This document shows, in pieces, positions 52,301-61,300 of a stretch of DNA of 64,000 bases. The notes under the pieces were generated by a model that was not told the DNA's origin, did no database searches, and saw only the letters and a list, made by a program, of their open reading frames with translations. How positions within the stretch are numbered: the first letter of the stretch is position 1; every line of letters starts with the position of its first letter. The translations under genes and the position numbers were made by a program. This DNA is from Hydrolagus colliei (Eukaryota), in NCBI GenBank assembly GCA_035084275.1, contig CM068748.1, positions 12,462,001 to 12,526,000 on the forward strand. The letters are read 5' to 3'.

Positions 52301-55300
52301 GAGCAGAAACAAATCAAAGCAAAAGAATGAATTGCAAGATGGAGAGCGCTTAGCACTCACTCAACAATGTCTTGTTTGTTTTTCTTTTTGTGAAGAGAGT
52401 TTACGTTACCCCTGAACCTTTTAACAGTTCACTGCAGATGGATGCTCTAGCAATACACACTCAGAGATGCTACTTCATCACAATCTGGTTAAGACTTGAC
52501 AAATAGCTATTCTCACATAACAAACTTATTTCAATTCTCTTCCCCTTTTCTGTCCCAAATTATTTAATCATTAGAATTATAAAAGTATGAATTCAAAATA
52601 CATCTGTATCAAATGATATTAGCTGCTGGCTGCCTAATCCTCAGTTGTCAGATCCAGCCCCAGTGAAGCACATGGAGCTCCTGTGGTTCAGTGGTTAGAG
52701 CACTTGTCTTGCAAGCTGGGGAGACCAAGCTGGGGAGATATGTGTTCGAATCCAGGCAGGTCAGGGTGAAACCTTGGGCAAGTTTCCTTACTCCACACGC
52801 CTAATAATAATCCCTCCAAAAAAAAAACACAATAATAAAATTGGTCATTTCAATCCACAACTGTGTGTGGGACACTGCTGTGCGCAATTGGCTGCCGCAA
52901 TTCGCCCACAAATATATACAGTCAATTCACTTTACAGTATATTCTGTGAAGCGCTTTGAGACGTCGATAAGATGTGAAAAGCGCTATATCAAATGCAAGG
53001 TTATTATTATTATTAAGCATGCAATTTAATCTGTGAAGGACACTGAATCATTTAATCCAACAACCAAGCGAACTGACTCAGTAAGCAAATTTTTATTATC
53101 ATTAGTTTTACTGCATTTCTAATTAATTTGTTCCTTTTCTCCCCACACATAGTTGCAAGTGTTAAGTGATTAATCGGCCCGACCCTAAGAGTTATTTTCT
53201 TAATCTCCTGCGATATTGACTTGCTATTAAACTGTATTATAATAAATTGACTATGTCTGCAGTGGCACACACTTGTTTTCACACACAAAGGCTTTGGTTC
53301 TTCAGAATTTACCTCTTGTGCACGTTGATGTTTTAATCTAAACTTTACTTGTCTCTTACATGTCTCTGGAGGCAAACATTAAGGCAAGCATTTACAGCGA
53401 GTGCTGTCTGGAAAAGTAGACAACAACTTTCATTTATGCCTTCGATGTAGGACAATGTTTCACACAGGTGGGGTTGAAAGGGGAGGTGAGAGGAAGCGGA
53501 GGTGATCATAGGATAGATGGAAAGGATAAGGTGCAGGAGGATAGAGGCAGAGACTTTCAGAGGTTAGAGGCGTAGACTTAATATGACGCCTCTGATAGAC
53601 AGGGACACACAAATAATTCTTGTTAAATCAGAGACATTTCAAAGGCCCTATGGTGAGGGATTACCTGTGCATTAATTAACCATGTCAAACTGGGTAGCTG
53701 GAAACTGCTTAAGGTTTAGGAATTCACATAGTGAGTTGTTTTGTGGCAATGAACAACTAAAATGATCAGCTAGATTATCTCTGAAAGACACATCAAGTAA
53801 ATTCTTCAAGAGAATTTCATTGCCCATTATGCCTTTATGTAACACACATTCTGAGGAATTAAGACAGTGGTCAGGCATAGTGGGAAGCCAAGAGAAAGTA
53901 AAACAGGAGATAAGCAAAGAGGAGGGAGAGAAAGAGACCAGGATGTATGTTTTCCAAATACAGTATCAAGTTGTTTTTAAACAAGTCCAGTGTTCTAGTC
54001 TCTGTGGCAATCTGCTCCAGTTGTTAATTACCATAATATGCTCTTTGCGACTCTCAACCTATGTCCTCTTACTCTACTGCCCTGGTGCATGCTAAAGTAT
54101 TGCTCTGGTATTACTTCAGGCTGGGAAGTGAAATACTGTAGAAAGGAATAGCCAAGTGGGAAATTACAAATGTGATAGACACCAGCTCAACATTTTGGGT
54201 CCTGTGCCCATATAGGTGAGAAATAACAAGAGAAGCATGTCAATTTCAAATGGAAACCCAGTCTTTGCATGTTTAACACTTACAGTATACAGTATACAGA
54301 AAAGGCAGAATTAAAAAAATCACAAAACTGGAAGAGTGTTGCTCAAAAAAAAGTCTGTTTGTGATATTCAAAACTGGCTCAAAGACCGAATATAACAATT
54401 TAACACATTAAGCATCAGTCTTGAGGATCCAAAATTCAGGCTCCAGGTTACTGACATACAGTATTACACTTATGAAGGATGAATCTGATTGCTCTTAAAC
54501 ACTCAAGAGTAAGAGACATAATTTGAAACCCGCAGTCTCATTGGGTTCCCTGGTGACTGCATCAAATATGCAAATAGCTTCAGCAACTGGGTGGTGCATT
54601 TATGTATAAAATTGCCAATGGGAAACAATGAATTATTAACCAAATGACATTGAGAAGATGTAACTCATGAGCCTGAAGGCTGAGCGAGTCACCTGCTTCC
54701 TCATGTCCTAATTTCAATCATGTTGCTCAATCCCACTGCTCTGAAGTAGGTAATTCTATTCTTATCGATACTATAATAAAACTGCTGGTAGCGGGCTGAT
54801 CTCCTTCTAGACTCGAAGTCCTGTGAGACGACTGGCTTTCGTGAATTGCTAAGTAACCCCTTGCCTCTCTAATTCATTCTTAGTTTTCTCCAATACAATT
54901 CCCCAGCTCACTCAATCCAAGTACTCCACTCCAAAGGAGGACAGCAACCAAACTCCTCTCACTTTTAGAACACAGATTTGAAATGTTTTAAAATTCAATG
55001 TTTATTTCAAAGGGCATCAAGGATGAAACTGGATACAAATGCCTAAAATATGTCATGAATATGAATATACATATTCATTGAGATGTAGATTGAACAGCTA
55101 CTTCTAGCAATGCAGGGGGACTTAATATGAAAACGATGGGCCTGAATGAACAAACTAAAGTTTGATAACCCAAAAGCTGCAAGAAACTTAGGGGATGCCA
55201 TTGTCAGGAGACTTCCAAAGAAATGAAATTTCAGGCCTGTGATTTGCTCCCTTTCCAGGTCAACTTGTGCCTGGTGGCCAGCTGATAGCAAGTTACCAGC

Positions 55301-58300
55301 TTCCAGGAATAAGGGACACTAGCTTCCCAGGAGAACTTCAGGCTTCATCATTTATTGTGACCAAGTCAAGAAGCCAACTTAGTAGAGAGTTTGGCCACAT
55401 GCGAGCAGGCAAAGCACATGCTTCCTATCAGGTTTATGCAAGAAGATTACTTTCAGATATCAAACTTTTCAGACTTGCCCACTTGACTGTCTATCTCTTA
55501 GCTAAATGACATTTAATGACTTAAGCCTACAGAAAGAAAAAGAATGGCTCAGCAAAATCATTCCAAGGCAATTCAATGATGCTGGCCAACTCATGCCTCC
55601 ACCTATAGAAGACAACATCACAGGCAATTGGATAGGTGGGAAGGCTAAGTATGTTGTTAGATGTCAAAACAAACCACATAAGCCATTGTAAATGTTATAT
55701 TTCAGTAACGATTTCTTGCGGGGCTGAATCAGAGACATTCATCAAAGCCCTAATGGGTCTGTCGAGGATGGCTAATTTGTCAGAGCCATCCAATAAACTA
55801 ATCAGAGAACAAAGACTGCTCACTCCCTTCCCATTTCAAACGCCATTTGGCACCTTTTAATCTGGCAGCAACAAATTCTGCCGCCAGATGATGTGGAAAT
55901 AAAGAGTGAAAGAGAGACATCACAGTCATTTTAAAGGATTCATCCACACCACACCAAACTTCGCAATAAAAAACACTATAAAACAGGAGCGAAACAACCA
56001 TGAAATGCTGCTATATAATTTATTATAAAATCTGATGTACACATTGCATCTTCATGAATATATTTATATCCTCTAAATATAACAAAACAACTTCAGTATT
56101 AACCAACTAACAACCACAACCAACCTTTACACTGGATTGTGTGGTTGTGTTTATAACACTGCGACAGCATGGTAACCACTGGGACATGGGGAACTCAAGA
56201 ACTGGGGTCAAGAGAGCCCAGGACAGACGGTTAAATGCTCTCTCATGCTGCCTCTAGGTGTGCTAGCAGGCACGTTCCACAAACTGCTGGAGGATGAGTC
56301 TCGAGCCTGCAGTTAGACAAACAGTAGCCAGGGCAATAGTGTACATCAAGTCAGAGCTGGCCTATGCAGAACCACCCCAAAGACCAGAAAATGCCCCCGC
56401 CACCTGACCATAATTATGAAATGCTGAATTGGAAACCACTGAGCATGTGAAAACCATTGATTCAGATTACATCCTCCGGCAGGATCAATCCCAGCACTAA
56501 AGCTCCAATAAACATCATGATGCAGTGAATGAACAGTCAAAAGGTTCATGTTAGCAGCTCTTTTGAGAATGTCTTACAAAGAGTTAAAAAATACCTCCAG
56601 GCTTTTTAAAAAGGAAAGAGATCCTCTGAATCTCATAGCTATTATAGCTTTTACATCTCTTCTCTGAAATGGAAAGAGAGATTAGAAGTCCCAATCTTCC
56701 AACAAGGATTTTAGAAAGTTGCGGTTTCAAGACCTTTATAAGACTGGAGCACAATCCGTGTCTTTACCACCTGACACCATGTTGGAATTAATTGTTGTAA
56801 TTGCTTTGCCCCCACATTCAAAGAAAGGGGAGGTGGGGGGTGCGGGGGCGGTTGGGTGGAAGCTGAGGTAATAAATGATCACTGGGTGTTTCTGCAAATC
56901 GAGAAGGTAAAACAACAGGCTGAGGGAAAATCATCTTCAGCACCTTTCAGTAGCTGTCACAGGAGAACCCTGGCAGTGAAATGCAAACACAGGTCCACTG
57001 TCTAGATGAGAGTGGGAATTTTACACTTGTCTGAGGTGTACTACTGAGAGTGGGAATAAAGCTTTGTGAATCCTATAACCCATACAAGTGAGAGTGGGAA
57101 CTTTAACATTAGCGGTCAGTGTGGTGTGTATACCTGTGCGGGTGGGAGTGTGAATTTAACAGATGGGAAGGGGGGAAGAACATACCTCTGCAGGTGGGAC
57201 TCCTTCTGGTGGGCGGCATTGAAGCAGCACCTCATGCTCCAGCGAGACGTCTGTTCCAAGCGGTTCCTGTTCAAAATTCTTCCTCAAGTCTGCAACAAAA
57301 GCAATGAAACTTATTATCATGGGTGGTGGGGGGGGGGGGGGGTGGTCTCCTCAGAAATCACTGAGTTTAATCCATCTTTACCTCCAATGTCACTTGCTTT
57401 GTATGATCATATCCCATGTGCTTATCCTACTCCTACTAATGACTGGCTACATACAGATTCAGCGGTTTAATCTTCCCCAAGTTTATTACCCATCAATGAC
57501 ATCTATGCTGTGCACATTCAAGCTGGTCGCTGCATGAGGATTCACAAAGCTTTATTGGTCTCTCTGTGCTATTTGGATTTATAATCCATGCCGCCCTCCA
57601 CATGTTTTGCTCAAAATAAAAAGTTTCATAAAAAGAAACACAATGGCTTCTTTCAGCTGCAGCCATAACATCGACTCCTCGCTGAGCTTCTTGGCTGAAC
57701 CATGAAAAAACCCACCATGAACAAGCCTCAATAATATCTGCTTCAAGCATTTCCTTTTGAAAGGAACGATCAGCAGGATGTGCTGGGAACAGGGGCGAGA
57801 GAAGCAGCAACATAGATCAAAGTTGCTCTGTGCATTTCTTTAGCCTCTCCCACCCCTGAATTTCTAAGTGATTTTTTTTGTATTAAGACTTATCTACAGG
57901 TCAACAAATTAAACAGAGGATTGCTCTTGGGGCCTTACTCAAAAACTTGTCCTTGCAGTTACATCGTTGTCAAAAACTCATCTTACAAACGCCGAACATT
58001 CGTTTACACAACAGAACTTCAACTTGTGTCTCTAACTGATGATCAATAGCTTCACTGAGTCAATCAATTGACAGGTGGCATTAATGGATAGTAATGGAAA
58101 ACAATCTCCAAATGAGCTGTGTTGTATCTACACACTTAGTATTTTCTGTTGTTTTATGCCATAAAACATACAACTTTTAGGTTTTGCTCTTTTATATTGA
58201 TCTGAAAATCCTTTCCATCGATTACCTTCTTTTATAGAATTCAGCCTTTGCTACATTCAGTCAAACTCATATTTGGCTAAGAGGTTGGTGTGTGTGTGAG

Positions 58301-61300
58301 ACAGACCTTCATATTAATATAGATATTGGGTGATGTTTATTTCAGATCACATATCAGACTTTTGTATACGCATGAGCTGTGGTTAGTGATGCAGAGAACA
58401 GGCTGCACTTGGGAGTCAGACTGATACTGCTAATATCAATCAAAGAACTTCCCAAGTCGAGAGAACAAATCTGAATGTCCAGAGTGGTCATCTGAACACA
58501 GACAAGATTCATTACAGACTTGAAATTACTTGCTGGATTCTGTTTTGTTACAATACATATGTTTTTAAAATGGTGTGTGTGCTTTGTGAAAACTGGGTGT
58601 GAGAAGTGTATGTCTCTTTATATAGGGTTTTGAGGATGTGCAGATTTGTGTGAGGGGCTTTTGTGTGTGTTGTGAGAGAGAAAGGGAGTGTGTGTGCACT
58701 CACAAAAGTGGTACACGAGTGGAGAGTGCAGCCAGGATGGACAGTTTTGATGTGTGTGCAGTATGCAATTGATTGTAGCAAAAGCTAAACTCCAAACAGG
58801 TAGTTTTTTGTGTGAATGTTGACTTTGGGCTTCATCCAGAGCTGTGTTGGAAAGATACTGAAGGCAAAATCAAACCACAGAGGCTAATCCAGGTTCATTA
58901 AGTTCATTAAGTACACAGTGTTTAAGAGATACTCACAAGCAATGCGGACATAGGCTCTCCTGCTCTTTGTTGTGCCTGAGGCACTCCAGGCTACACACTG
59001 GCACCAGTAGTCTTCCAAACCAAACAGTTCCTCCACTTGCTGACGTGAGACCTCGATGTGAACCTCTCGAACCACAAGTCCTGCACGAGAGAGAGCGACA
59101 GAGAGAAATTACAGTGAGATCTTATCAAATTCAGCCCATTTTATAGTCACGTGTGAACTTGCTTCCTTTAAACAAGAAAATCTTATTTTTCTTCCTTCTT
59201 CATGTGTTGGGAGTTCATAGCCCACAATTTTGCACAATTGTAATATAGGCTAACAATAACAAATAGACATGAAAAAAGGGCATGAGTTCTCTGGTGTACA
59301 GTTTCCACAGACATATCAAATCACTTGCTGTTTATTTACAGTGTTGTAGAGTCTGCAACTATTTCCCAAGAGAAATGTGCAGTTCCTGGTTTTGTGGCAT
59401 TTTACAACATTCTCTAGCACCAGTGTTGATAGTTTTGTGGGTGAAACAGGTAAATAGATAATAACTGCTTTTCATTTATGGTGATAAATATTTATTTCAT
59501 TCAATGGAAGTGGTAGGGGATAGTTTCCATCCATGAGGTGGGTGGATGGAAACAAACTTAATTTTTCTTCTTGCCAAATATCAATGCTGGTCAGTCACAG
59601 ATGAGGGTTGGATATGGAGGATGGAACTCCCTCCATAGCACCACAACATGTGCCTTCAATCAGCCTCAGAGAAACAGCCTGGAGTGCACCAGGTGTGACA
59701 GTTCAATTGATCATAACAGACATTGCCATGTTCTCTCTGAGATTGCTAATTCCATGGTAGATCACAGCTGAACCTTCTAGGAACAGAAGTGGGACAGAAG
59801 GACTGTACTGCCAACAAAGAGATAGGGTTTGTGATTTTGTGGACTGGATTCACATTCTTACCCTCTCGACAACAGCAACAACTTCAGCGTTTTACATAGC
59901 GCCCTTCATGCTGGGCATTGTCTCAGTCACCATTTCCCATTTTATAGAGAAAGCCATGTGAATGGATTGGAAATGACATTTTAATAAATGTTAATTCCCA
60001 GTGGTTCCAATATTTTGCTTTAATTTGGGATTAAAATGTACTGCTGTGCTTCATTCAAAGTCAGCATGTCTTCAGCCAGAAATGATGCTCAGTGATTTTG
60101 TATGTCTGCCTCAAATTGCCCTTTTCTCTAAATAGAAATAACCCTGAAGACATAGCTGTGATGTGGCAACACACTGTGTGTGGAAGTGTTGTTTGGGCGC
60201 ATGGTTGAGCTTGAGAAAGATGAGCTGAAATACTTGCCCAGAGAAAGAAAAAGCCAAGCCACCCCTTGCTGCTCCTGTGGGTCCCTGAGCAGTGAGCGTG
60301 GTCGTGTACACGACAGAGCTTTAACTTGTGTCTCTAACTGATGATCAATAGCATCACTGAGTCAATTGACAGGTGACAGCGATGGATAGTAATGGAAACC
60401 CATCTCCAAATAAGCTGTGTTGTTTAAACACATGTTTAAAATACGACTTTTAGGTTTTGCTCTTCTATATTGATTTGTTCTTTCTGAAAATCCTTTCCAT
60501 CTATTACCTTCCTTTACAGAATTCTGAAACTCCTTTTCATCAATTACATCCAATCCTTTCCATCTATTACATCCAATCCTTTCCATCCATTACATCCAAA
60601 CTAGACTTCTAATTTCCTGCTCACTGAGCTCTCCAGTAGCACACTGCAGCTCACATCTTCTGTACACCCATGCCTGCCCAACTCCACCGACATGCTATCC
60701 CCCCTACAGACCAGGAGAAAGATCATCGTCCTCAACTTCTAATGCCTCCATGATCTTGCCGAACTATTAAATGGAGGGAAGTGTACTATTCCAATGCCTT
60801 GGGATGTCCTCCCGACATGAAAGGCGCTATACAAATATAAGTTTCTTGTTGTTGTTGTACCTCAGGATCCTCTAGCAGTTTGACACATGCTACAGCTTGC
60901 ATAGACGTAGGCATCTGACTTCTTAGCCCCAAAGAACAGAGGATCGGAATGGAAGAGGAATGGAGATTAAAAAGTAAGATTTAAAAGTAAAAATAGTGAA
61001 AAAGTAGAAAGACGCCACAAAGTCCCTCTTTTAAAAAAAATTGGAACACCAGCTGAATACTTAAGTGTCTCCAAAATTGTTGGCAGCATATCTTTCATGT
61101 CTGCCACTCAGTCTGTTTTTGATTCACCATTTACTTTTTAGAAAATGACATTGATCGCAGGCACACTTTTAAATGCAGGGTCATAAAAGCAGAAATCCAC
61201 TTTTGCCGTGCTGTCTGTTCATGTCACAATGAGTGCAGTTAATTAGTGCAAGGAAATAAAAAGTCCTACTTACAAGCGTGCATTAGGTCTTTGTGCTGTT

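Noticed and set aside
57007-57100. Repeat-spacer pattern reminiscent of a CRISPR array
   Set aside because: The repeats are only 12 bp, there are three copies, the context is a vertebrate intron, and there are no cas genes.
58030-58075. CTGATGA followed by tcaat...attga, suggesting a hammerhead ribozyme or C/D snoRNA (also at about 60337)
   Set aside because: No GAAA follows the putative stem II, the C and D boxes are too close together, and it is antisense to the host gene.
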